Below are positions 1 to 12,699 of a DNA stretch of 64,000 nucleotides, one piece after another. Both the position numbers and the translations under genes were made by a program. The DNA lies in NCBI RefSeq assembly GCF_009914755.1, contig NC_060926.1. One strand, written 5' to 3'. The stretch is from the human T2T-CHM13v2.0 reference genome, Homo sapiens. The notes beneath the pieces were generated by a model. The model saw nothing but the letters and a program-made list of their open reading frames with translations, was not told where the DNA came from and did not search any database. Positions within the stretch are counted from its first letter, which is position 1, and each line of letters opens with the position of its first letter.

Positions 1-370
1 AATTGTGGTATGTTAATAGAATACAACTGTACCCAGCAATGTAAAAGAACAAGCTGCTGATACATCTAACAACATGACTGAATGTCAAAAACAGTATGCT
101 AAGCAAAAGAAGTGAGACACAAAAAATTACATTTTGACATTGGAATCAGAAGTGACTATGTTATAACCAGGTGGATACATAAAGAAGAGGCTGGACATTA
201 GGGCCTGGATCTTAGAAGATAAGTCTGGGACAAATATGCAGATTTGAACATCACCAGCCTTATTAAAGACAAAAGAGTAGATGAGATCACCAAGGAGGAG
301 TGTTTAGGACAGCCAAAGCTAGATACAGGTAAATATTAGCATTGTAGGGACACAAAGAAAGGAAAATACT

Positions 371-697
371 GTCCAGGCACAGTGGCTCACACCTGTGATC
401 CCAGCACTTTGGGAGGCCAAGGCGGGCGGGCGGATCGTTTGAGCCCAGGAGTTTGAGACCAGCATGGGCAACATGGTGAAACCTTGTCTCTGCAAGTAAT
501 AGAAAAATTAGCCAGGTTTACTGGCACAGGCCTGGTCCCAGCTACTGGGAAGGCTGAGGTAGGAGGATCACTTGAGCCTGGAAAGGTCGATGCTGCAATG
601 GGCTGTGATCATGCCACTGCACGCCAGTTTGGGTAACAGAGTGAGACTCTGTCTCAAAAGAACAGAAAAAAAAAAAAAAAAGAAGAAGAAGAAGAAG
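371..697 (+). mobile_element. AluJ with A tail running into (GAA)n
   Basis: Dimeric Alu with J-type gagcccaggagtttgagacc. Confidence 0.85.
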
Positions 698-3600
698 ATG
701 AAGTGCAGAATGCAGAGAAAAAGAAGAGGTAGGGGGAGGACAATCAAGCAAAGGAAAATAATTATGGGAGAGGACAGTCTGTTGCAAAGGCCAGAGAGGG
801 ACAAAGGAAGAAAAGGGTAAATATCTTTGCACTAGACTACTACAAAATACTTAGCACAGAGGAGGCCATTTTACAGGAAGACTCAAAAGTTCCATTGTAG
901 TGGGTCGAGGAGTGAATGGGCAGAGAGAAAATGGGGACAGAGAATGTACCCTACACTTAACAAAAGTTTGCTTTGGAAAGGAAAGAACTACAAAGTCTAT
1001 GTCTTTGCGAATGTCATATTTCCACCCAAATGTAAATTTTTGGTTATTTCACAAATACCTCACAGTGACTAAATTCTCAGTAAGATGTTTATGGTATCAC
1101 CCATGTATTTCTGATAAAGGAAAAGCTGACATAGAGAAAAGTGCATTTTATGAACTAGTTCACGTATTATATAAAAGTAAAGATCCAGATTGCAGTATAG
1201 AATTGAAATGTGGTTTGCAAATTCTTGCTTTTGCTCTATACAGAAATCCTAGGCTGTATTTCCCCTGTTCCGCTTCACTTATATCTTATATGATTGTCAC
1301 CTTGTGTTTCTCCATTTAAAAATAAAAGGCAAACTCAGCAGTTCCTTTTTCTTAAACTGCTTCAGTAACCAGCAGTTGCCACATTAAAAGCTTTAGCTGC
1401 AGGACTATAAAAATAGTCTAATGCTCCCTAGCAAGTAGCTACATTTCAGCCAGTTCTCTTTTCAGGGATGTAGCAAGGTCAAATCTAATGGCCAGGGAAG
1501 GACAGGCTATGAGAGAGAAGGGAAAGCCAGTTGACATTCACAGAGCAAAAGTGCATTGTGCTTGGAATTTTTTGTGTAAATGTTAAACAGTGCCCACATT
1601 TAACCACCTGCCTGTTGTTTAGAAGGGTTCAAATGAACAATTTCAAGCACAATTGAATAACACTCAAAAGAAAATCAAGTGTAATTTCCTAAGTTGCTGA
1701 AGCAAGGATTCTTCTATGAAACACCATTAGTATTTCTAAACCTGATTTGATTATATTTGAAATTTAATGCATACAGTTCAGTGGCACCTCGAGATTTATT
1801 TGTGCAAAGATGGAATTACAAGGTAGACCTTTATAAATGATTGTTTCTTTCTGTGTATGTATTTTTAAAATTCTTCATGTCATAATTGTAATAAAACTAA
1901 ATGATTAAAGATTAAATGTCATTTATTTTTTGGCTTCCTTATGACAATATTTTGCTTTGCATTTAAGATATATTAAAAAGTAGGGAAAATACACCACATA
2001 AAATCACTCACATCACACTGCTTGTATAGCTCATCTTGAAATTCTTCACCTGTGTACTATCTCTAAATATTTATCAGTTAGGAAAGAAAGGGTATGTTGT
2101 AATCTTCAGGTTACTTTGATAAATCTCTTAAGAGGGTAATTCTTTTACTGCCTTTATTAAATGCCAACTTCACATGATCGCTGATGCTTTAAAACCTTCA
2201 GCGTTTCCCTCAATGACAGGATCAAGTTTAAATGCTGTAATCTAATCCTTACAGAATCCCTCAATCCCAGTTCTGTAGGTTACTCACTGCCATGAGCATC
2301 AGCCCCTGTTTTAGACACGATTCCAACCAGGGACAACCTCTTCCTTGTATTCTACTTAAACAAATCTCTCCCATCCCACAAGCTTCAACACGTCAATTTT
2401 CTTGCAGCAATGTTTGATAAAGATTTCTTAACTAATATTTGAAGGAAAAAGAATATTAACCTCTTTTAAATATAAAAGTGATTGTAATTACAAGTTTGTT
2501 ACATACATCATTAACAAGACACAAACAAAAAAAAACTTAAAGCACTCTGTGGGAAAATGTTTCTAATAAATAGATTTTAAAGAAACTATTCAAATCAATG
2601 TTTTAATAACTCTCTGCCAAAATATGTATATTTCTTCTAAAAGTCACAGAGCATTTCTTGAAAATCACTTCCAGAACACTCCATAAAACAGCCTGGATTC
2701 AGTAATCCCCTAATCTCCAGGAATTTATCCTGATGCAAAAAAGTACCTATCCAATTTTATGTTCACACTGTAGGTAAACTATTGCATCAATGTGAACATT
2801 TGCCAAAGTTTGCACATATTAGTGTTTTAAAATTAAGATGCTGAAATTGCAGAATTACAACTGAAGGAAGAAAACACTATTGCTCATGCCACTGAAACTA
2901 AAGCATTCATTTTATTTCATGCATAGGTTTCACAATCTACACTGATATTTAATAAATATTTTGCCTTTATCCGCAACTCCAAGCAGCCACTAATAATGAA
3001 GCAGTTGAGAACCTGACTTAATGATTGTTAACCAAGAATATTTGGCTAGTGAAGCTGGTTAATACTGACTTAATGCAAAATATTCAGGACACTTATTAAT
3101 AAACAAACAAAACTGCCCCCAAAATGGAAAAAAAAAAACATAAGCAAAAGAAGTTAAGAATCTATACCAAAAGTAAAACCAATTCAGTGTTCTGCCTCTC
3201 TTATGCTAAGTCTCAGAAAACACCAACTTTGTAGGGTTCAGAATGTAAACCAAACACCTAATCTTCTCATAATGTCATTCTGAAACAGCCATCATGAATT
3301 AGAAATTAACCTGAACTATTCTTGACTGGGTAAGAAACACAATCCTAACGTTTATTGCAGATATTGGGGTGTGAATAATGAGTTTCAAAGAGTATTTTTT
3401 TACTGTCCCAAACAATACATTACTATTAATATTTTAAAACTATATCTTCAAACATAAGTGAAATGATCCCTAATTCTCAACTCCAGTGCTCAAGGATTTA
3501 GTCACTATGATACTACATACAAGCAGATATATAATTGAATGCCGATTAATACTAAATGCTGTAAAGAAAAAATTACACAGGGGAAATGGGTAGTGAATGT

Positions 3601-4140
3601 CAAAATGTGCTACTTTTGAAAGGGTAGCAAGAAAGGTTAATTTGGTGTGATGGCATTCTTACAGAGACCTTTAACATTCCAGGAAGAACAAACAGTGGGA
3701 GCAAAGCCCTGGGACAGGCATGTGTTTGGCAAGTTCAGGGAAGAGCATGAAGCCAGGGTCTGGAGAACAGGTGGGGATGAATGTGGGGACACTGGAAATG
3801 AAGGTAGAGCAGTTGTCTGGTTCCGTGTCTGAAAAGGCTTGTAGACCATGTGCTTGTGATTTTAAGTGTAATGGGAGCTATTTTAGGTTTGAGAGCAGGT
3901 CAACCCAGTAGTCATTTAGCAATTGTCTAAAAAGTGCAAAAAAAACCAGTTGCTTGGTAGAAAAAAAGAAACAAAATCTATTGTCCTAAATGCCAGGTAG
4001 AGAAATGGCTACTGAAGAAGTATCCCTTCCAGCTCTGAAATTCTAGAATTCTATAACTCCTTGGTCGAAAGGAACGAAGGAAGTAAAATTCCAGTGCCCA
4101 CTGGAGCCAGCATTTAAGTCTCCAACACCCTCCGCATACA

Positions 4141-4220
4141 CTGCATACACATAAAACACAATGTAAAAATAATAGAACATAATTATATAAAAACCAAAAT
4201 ACGACACATCTTCCTTTATT
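4141..4220 (-). terminator. Distal polyadenylation signal AATAAA (4215-4220) and downstream U/GU-rich element
   Basis: Plus-strand tttatt; the minus strand downstream reads attttggtttttatat...tgtgttttatgtgt. Confidence 0.65.
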
Positions 4221-7200
4221 TAAAATAGAGTTCTATATGCTTCACAGAAACAAGTGCAAGAAGTGCTTGATTTATTATCTTTCCCACTTTACAAAACAAT
4301 ACATTTTCAGAAAATGCATACATAAAAATATAACATTTAGGCAGATAATTATTTACATCTGAAGACAGATGAAAGTTACACGATAATATTAAAAAGCTTT
4401 AAAATAAATACTTTTATGACTTGCTGTTGGTAAAGTTAAACATTTTGGTATAAAGGCTATCACTGAGTTTTTAATAAATTCTAAAACACTATTATTTCTA
4501 AATAAAATAAGTCTATACATATTACTATAAAATGCATATTTTCACAGACTAGAAATTAATGAAACATCTGAATATCATTCATTTCTCTTTGGAGTTTGAA
4601 ATTCTCTTCACCTTCCACATTTAAATTACAACTACTAAAATCCATCTACATATTTTTGATACAGTTTATTGCCCAATTCCTATTTTAAAACCTAATTTAT
4701 TTTTTCATATTCCTTCCTTATATACATTCCTTTGGGCCTGTCGGCTGAAAGACAATCTTTTTACATACTTAAGAGTATCAGCTAGCTTACAAAAAGTCTT
4801 TACAACGGTGATTCTTTTCACAGTAGTTCAAGAGTTCAAGGCATGTTTTGCAATGTCAAAATGCAATGGTTTTGACATTTGTAATATGTTCTTAGGTATA
4901 AGAAGAGTCACGCTACCAAAAGAAAAGTATAATTAGTATTAGTACTTTGAAAGTCAATCCAAAATTCCTTTTTTGAGATCTGAATCTAATTTTCTGTTTT
5001 TAGGACATTTAAAAACCTGAAACACAGATCAAGTTTGAATAATCTTCTCCAGTCTAGAATCAGAAGAGTACATGAGCTTGACACTAGTCATTGCGGAAAA
5101 GAACTAGAATTTAATATTTTGGCTCAGATACTCTCATTTTGTATAAAGAGAAAAAAAGGGCTGTGTCCTTAAAAATACTTAGTTACTATTATTTAGCCTA
5201 TGGAAGAAATAGAAATATTAGTAAATGTCATTCTACGCTTGCATTTGTTAGACAAAATTTAGGCACACAATCCTCTCTTTACAGGCAAAGTCAGTAATTA
5301 GCTCCATGCATAGAATGAAAACTGTATGGACGATATCAAAATTGGGGTCCATGTGCCTTGCTGCAGATTGTCTGGGTTGAAAAATTAAACCAACATGATA
5401 AACAATCAATTTCTCTTCTCTCAGGAATGCCAGGATGAAAAGATAAAGTATTATTTCTTCTAAGTTCTTTGTTCAATCTGTAGATGTCAAGAATTATTTT
5501 GACTTTTTAATTCTCATTTTCTGAAGATGTATAAGCCAGACCATTCTTTAAACACATATAAGCCAATAAGATGCTTCTCTGTAAAATATAAAATTATGTC
5601 TGGGAGCCAATTGCAGTTGGATTTTAGCCCGCACCTGCCCCTCAGCTGGGAAGATTTATATAGAGCACAACAGGCCTGACTGGATGTGATGGCAGTGGGT
5701 ATAAGGGTAATCTCCTAAGGCACTCAGATTCTTAGTGGCCCTATTAAAATTCAGATTAACATAACCCACAGTAAACTCTTGCAGTTAAAACTGTTAGGTC
5801 TGGAGAGAAAAATTTCTTTTAGGACAACTTGGACCAATGATCAGGAAATACAGTCACATCTGAAAATATTAAAATCTAGGATGAAATACAGCTCATATTC
5901 TCTCGAATGTATTCATCTACAACTGAAAGAGAAAAGTATGCTGGCAGTTCTATTATTGTTAGGGGAATTTTAAAATAGGGATTGTTACCTAATTTTGCTG
6001 TAGTATTATATTCCAAACTAATAGCATAATGGCTTAGTTTGTCAAAAGCAAAACAAAGCAATGGTATGGAACAGCAGAAATAAATTTAACAATCACATTA
6101 TGGGGCATATATTTCAAATTGTCTTTCCCAGTTACTATTTCTCAAGCGGAATTTAGCATTAAAGCAAAAGTAGACATTCTTTATATGTTAGCTAAAAGCT
6201 AGAATACAAATAACAGCTAGTCTTTTTAGGTTTTAAAAGAAAAATCATCTCTGCCATTAACAAATACTCTATAGTGCCAAATGAAGGATTACTGGAGAAG
6301 TTATGAGGTGAAACCTCTTATACAGAGAACTTAAAATCTTGTTAAGAAGTTCATTGTGTAGAAGTTTGGACAGGTTAAACGACAACTAAAGAAATACAGG
6401 AATTATAGAGTGACTTGGGATTGATGAGATCTGCCAAACATTTTTTAATGCACTAAAAGAAGATGAATGCCAAAGACAAACTAATGAGAAACTGAGGGGA
6501 AAAAAAAGAGAAAGAGAGAAAAGTTAGATAATATCCCACTGGACATAGTCCCAAATTCAGCTATCAAATCACCTTTCACCCCCATTCCAAGGTACAAAGA
6601 GAAAGAACAGTCCTTACAGAAAGGGTGGGGGATGTCAGGAAGCTTCTCTAATCATTACTTGCACTAAGAAATTCTATACTCTCACAGTTCCTAAATTTTA
6701 TCCATTAATTTTATCAGCACCCCAGTGGTTGCCTACTTAGCTCAACAACCATTCTACAACTCTTTCTTAGCCTAGTTTAGTTTTTCTCATTGACCTCACT
6801 CTGAGTGAGTAAATTATTTTAGTAGAAACCCAAAGAAAAGTGGGATTTTATCATCATCATTGAATGGCACATTACGTTAGTGTGCATTCAAGGTAGGTTT
6901 AGATGCATGCGAATTAATTTTTAATCAGTAAAAGTTGGGGATATGGCAGGGAACAGTGCTGGGTGTCACCACCAGGCTTTCATAAGAGTTCTGCTAGTAA
7001 CTAGTAGTCATTTAATCTCTGATCCTTGGTTTCGTCATCTACACAAAATTGGAATAACTTTATATAATCTCTGAGAGTACTAAGGGATTCTCTTTCATTA
7101 GAAGGCTAAATTCCAGACGGTTAAGTTAAATAAGAGTTATTTTTAAAATTAGGAACTAATGATAATGTTGAAAGATAGTGAGGGAATATTAAGAAAAAAA

Positions 7201-10200
7201 GTGAGAAAAATAATGAAATATAAAGCAAGGCTAGATGAAAAAAAGAAAGTCAAATATCTATATATTTTCATTAAAATGTTTTGAAAAATGCCCATATTAT
7301 AAAAATTCTATTTAATATTAACATTTTTTAAAAACTTACATTCCAATTAACTTTTTTGTTATTTAGAAGCAGCTCTCAAGATAAAAGAATTACTGTTTTC
7401 ACTAAAATAGCAGAAAAACTCCATGTAGGTATCAGCACACAGAGCTAGAACAAAGCATTGTCAAACAGAAATAGTATGTTTCACAAAAGATGTTTAAAAT
7501 ATCTTTGAAAACCACAATGGTGCCATTTTAAGATACGAATACTAAACATTTCTAAGTAGCTTGTAATGATGTGTTTGTGAATTTATTTTAAAGGAATGAT
7601 TATTGAAGACATCAACTGCCAGCTTTTATTCATTTGGTACTGCTACTTTCTTAATTTTCCAGTGGGAAATAAAATTTGTATATTTTAAATACATTTATTT
7701 AGCCAAATACATTCTCATACTTATTTCAATCAAAGACTATGCCCTAACAAGCAATTTTAAGTTGTTTACTCAAACTTTGTATAATGGCAAACATCAGCTC
7801 CCTGTTTTCAGACGATTTGCTAAGCAGGTTCCCTGGTGCTTTTGTGCAGACTCAAAGACAACCCTGAGTTTTCTCTGCCCCAATAAGTCACATGGTGGCA
7901 AAATTCCAGGAAAATAGGAGTAGTTTTGTTTTGTTTTATTAGTAATTCTACAATAGTAGGTGTAATAAAATAATAAATTATTCTGGAACTTCTAACCTAA
8001 TGAATCTATTGTAGATTTTCATTTTTAAATAAAAGCTAATTTTAATTTTTTCAGATACTGCAACCAGGTTACTATTTTCATACAATCATGGAAATTTAAA
8101 ATGCAAAGTTAATTGAAAGTATAAAGATGAAAAGCAAGTGCTATGCCTAAAATAGTGCACGACAGTCATGTTTCACTTAACTCTCAAGTCAGAACATAAA
8201 TTAAGAATTCTAGATGTGACATGCCAAATATTTTAGACATAGAAGAAAGCATACAACAGAATCTGTACCAATTACAAACTTAAAGGCAAAATTTACAAGG
8301 CAACAAGTTCATGCTGAAATACTGACAACAAATAATGTTTCTCTTATTTTCAGAAAGTGATGCTGCATTTAAATCCCATCACCACTTTATACAGTACTGA
8401 AAATTCATAATAGTGTTTTCCCAAGTCTTGTATTATACCCCAAAGCCAAAATATCTGTAAGGAGTAAAGAACACTGATACTCTGAACATAACCTAAGGAG
8501 AATTTTTTTTTTTTTTGCTTATAACAAAATGTAAAAGAAATAAATATTACACAATGGGACTCCATTAAAAACAATATAACATTTGACAGCATAAGTATAT
8601 ACAAGAAGCCTGCCTTATGCTCTAAACTTCATCATCCTATTTTTGTAAGTGAGCATGTTCTATATATAATCCTGTTAAGAGTAAAGGAAATATTACAACT
8701 TTTAACATTTTCCTTATCATTTTTGCTGCTCTATTCCCTTTCTTAAAAAATGTATTTTGTAATTGAAATATAAGACTACTCAGTTAGGAGTCATAGTTAA
8801 ACAACACAAGAACAAGAAAAATACCTCAAAATGTACTAACATACGGATTTCTTCAGAGTGAAAGTTGAACCAATAAAATATGAAATTATATTTAGACACC
8901 CTCAAATAAGCTACAAAACATAATGACAAGAAAAATGGAGATGGTAAAAAATCCTCTCTTAAAAATTCAATAAGCATATTTACCCAACATAAGTAAATAA
9001 AACAGGAAATATCATTCTTGTTTATTTGAGGCACGTACAACCATAGTAAATAAATAATTTCGTTCTTATATATGCAGAAAAACAATCTATGAGAAATTAG
9101 TAACAAGAACAAGCAAGATTACCCCTTCACATAGGCTCTTTTTAAAAATCACTTCACATAGGCACTTTTAAAAACTGATGATATATTTAGATTGTCTGTA
9201 ATATCCAAATAAAGCTACTTTCTAAATGTGTTGCAAATGAAAGCAATTTTCAGACCTATCCTAGAAACCCACTGTCATGCAGAACTCAAGACATCCCACT
9301 TCGTATTTTATCTGTCAATTTAATCTCTTCCCCCACACACTCACATCCCTATTCCCATTCCCAAATTAGACTTTAAAATCCCTGAGGGCAGGACCTATCT
9401 ATCTTTGTATTCCCTCTTGTACCCGATATTGTGGCAAGCAAGATATGGGTGCTCTATGATTATTTAATAAGTGGATGAGAGCATTAACGAGTATGGAAGT
9501 ACACGCAAACTCCATAGCTGTCAGTTTTTTGCCTTCCTTATTTCAACTCAGTAAAATGAAGATAGATTCAGTAACATATTTCCATAGTGAAATGAAGCAT
9601 AATCACTAAATTGTACTCTATGAGAAAATACAGAAGTATATCCTTCAGAACGCTATTACCCAAGCTGTGCTTTGCTTTATAGAACAGTTAAATATGGGAC
9701 AGTAAAAAGTTTCCCCTCCTCTTAATAAAAGGGTTCCACCACGATCAGGTAATCTGAGCAATCCAGTTTAAAAAAAAATCAAGTAGCATTTCTTTACTGT
9801 TATTAGTTTTTTTTTTTTTTTTACTGTTATCAATAGCATTTACTTCACTCTTCAAAATACATTATATGCTAACATGTACTATCACTTTATAAGCAAGTAC
9901 CAAAGAACACTTTTGGTCTTGGATCATCTCAGTAGAAGAATGTTCTAAGGAATGGAGTTTGAAAAAAGATGTTTTAGGAGCATAAAAGACATCATGTTAA
10001 ATCTCGTTTACCAAAGTAAAATTATAGATTTGAAGGGCATATTTAATGTCCCATTAAATATTCATTACTCTGTGTCCACAGAAAGTAGAATGAAGGCAAA
10101 ACTATCATGAGCATTCTTCTGTACTCACTCACTCACTGTGAAAGGGTAGAGGAATATCTATTTGCTGTTTCTGATACCGTCTGTAGGGTTTGGTTGTTAA

Positions 10201-11349
10201 CACTTCATTGAAGAGTTTTCTTAATTCTTCTCAATATATTCTCAAAATATTTCCTTCCTTCCTCTTCCTTTTCTGTCTTTTCTTTCTAAGTGTGTATGTA
10301 CAAAGGAAATAGGGACCTCTGAATTGTATCTTAAAGACATTTTCAGACAATGAATATTTATGTTTGATTAATCTTTGGAAGTGTTCAGAAAACATTAATG
10401 CTCATTAACAAATGGGGTAACCATGATATTTCTATGAGAAAAAATGTCAACAGATATGGTTCTGAGATTTTGTGCGGGTCCATTATGATTCTGCAAAATA
10501 ACTCAATATGCCTTCTAAACCACAAATATCATAATAAAAGATATTACATAGGGAGAAAAGCACTATTCAAGGGAAAGTAGGAAGCTAGCTAACCTTACGG
10601 TGTTCATTATCACAAGATTTGGACCTAGTGCCAGTTCTGCCATTAGCTGTGTGACTTCAGGACATTTCTCAGTGTCTCAGGATGTCAGGTATCTCTTTTG
10701 TAAATGAAAGGAACAAGTTTAGTGGTTCAGGGACTGCTGCAGTAGTGGATTATGAAGAACAGGAGAACAGCAGAAGGGGAGACCAAGCACATGGGACACC
10801 CACCTCACTTACATCTTCCACTAAGCAGCTCCACTCTCACGTTCGATATATTAAAGTTTAGAGCAATATTTATTTTTAAAAAGTCCTGCTAACTTAAAAA
10901 GGGGGAAACATAGATTGCATCACCTAAAGATAGCATGCTCTAATTTGCATGTTTAATTAATATGTTTTCATCTCAGAAAAAAATGTTTTTACATCTTTTC
11001 CTGTTCATTCATGTGCTCTTGGTTCAAGTAAAATAAAAACTTAATGACTATAACATTTTTATAGAGCTTATTTTATACTTTTGTAATATATTTCTTCCTT
11101 ATTAAATAAAAAGATGAGTTGAGGTGTTGCTTTCAAAATAAAATTAAACATAACATAGAGATTGGATGAAGTCAACTCCTGCCCATGCTTAACTTTAGAG
11201 TTATCTTTTCATGCTGCCTTATGGGCACTTAAATACTGTACTGTCTTATCTTTGAGGTAGAACAAAAAAAAAATGGCAAAAACATTCACATAAAGGGGAA
11301 AATGGAAAAGAAAGCTATGAGAGATTTCTTTTTAACATAATTATCATCA
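4199..11349 (-). other. ACVR1C: ACVR1C long 3' UTR (~7.1 kb)
   Basis: AT-rich, Alu-free stretch from the stop codon to an AATAAA at 4215-4220 followed by a U/GU-rich tract; length agrees with my recollection of a ~9 kb mRNA. End coordinate approximate. Confidence 0.7.
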
Positions 11350-11475
11350 TTAGGCTTTGCAGTCTTCTTTGACACAAAGTTGAGATATAGTCTTCTTAAT
11401 ACGAAGAGCAGTTAGGCGGGCCGCTCCGTTGGCATACCAACACTCACGCATTATTCTCCCCATGACTCGGAGTGC
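11350..11475 (-). CDS. ACVR1C: ACVR1C exon 9 coding part (41 aa + TAA)
   Basis: [41 protein letters not shown]; acceptor tctcttaaag|GCAC; frame consistent with exons 3-8. Confidence 0.97.
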   Translation of the reverse strand, partial: ALRVMGRIMRECWYANGAARLTALRIKKTISQLCVKEDCKA

Positions 11476-11572
11476 CTTTAAGAGAGAAAAAAAAAATCAA
11501 AGACTTTAGCTACTCTACATAAAACAGAGCACAAAAGAAGTAAAGCCATAAATCCAGGAATTGATGCTAAGC

Positions 11573-11744
11573 TTTTTTTTTTTTTTTAAGAGATGGGGTC
11601 TTGCTATGTTCCCCAGGCTGGAGTACAATGGCTATTCACAGGTGCAAGCATAACACACTACAGCCTCAAACTCTTGTGCTCAACCGATATTCCTGCTTAA
11701 TCTTCCAAGTAGCTGGGACACAGGCATGCACCGCTGTACCTGCC
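11573..11744 (-). mobile_element. Fossil Alu monomer (FAM-like)
   Basis: Single monomer retaining 7SL-like gctattcacagg; TSD attgatgctaa at 11560-70 and 11745-55. Confidence 0.8.
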
Positions 11745-12305
11745 ATTGATGCTAACTAAGTTTTGATGAAGAAACAGTAAATTTAAAACAATATAAGAAG
11801 ATTAGGGTCAAACCCCTTCAAAAATTCTACCAAAACTCAAATACTAACCTTGTAGAGACTAACTAAAAAATGTTTCAATCCACTGATTTCTGGGAATATG
11901 GGACATGAAAAACATCAAGGGATATGGGAAGGCTTGGAAATTCCCTGTATTTTGATGTTGGTGATGAGTACACAAGTGTAAACGTACGAAAAAAAATTCA
12001 TCAATCTGTATACTAAGATTTGTGAGTTTTACCAAATGTAAATTATACTACAATAAAAATTATGATCCAAGTATAAATATCAAAAATCCTGGACTTTAAA
12101 AATGAACTAGCAAAGAGATAAGACAAATACTAAGAGGGGAAAACAATGAAAATGCATGAAACCAGAGAAATACAGGAAAACGCTGAAGCAAGTGGCTGCC
12201 ATAGGGGTATCTGCTACTCTCATGGTCTAGAACTTCGGAACTGATGGATCGCATGTAATAGAGAGTACAGCCCACAGCACACAGAAAGTTTCAGATCAAG
12301 ATGCC

Positions 12306-12596
<291 letters not shown>

Positions 12597-12699
12597 TTAG
12601 AAAGCCCTCAATTTAAGGATGACTATTTCCCTGAAACCTTCTAAGGCAAATTGCCTAAGTCCTTCTAACGGAAATTGCCTAAGTCTTGGCTCTTGGTGA

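Noticed and set aside
542-832. ORFs of 78-96 aa on both strands with poly-K or poly-F
   Set aside because: They are translations of an Alu tail and (GAA)n; the same applies to Alu-derived ORFs at 12679, 21486, 26573, 27226, 29597, 31501, 32473, 52328, 53612 and 54827.
900-1319. 139-aa ORF, and the 142-aa ORF at 63538-63966
   Set aside because: Non-ATG starts, no recognisable domain or splice context; consistent with chance ORFs.
9793-9830. tttactgttat repeated around a T run in the 3' UTR
   Set aside because: More simply a small duplication with homopolymer slippage; the A run in the mRNA is also an oligo-dT internal priming risk rather than a proven poly(A) site.
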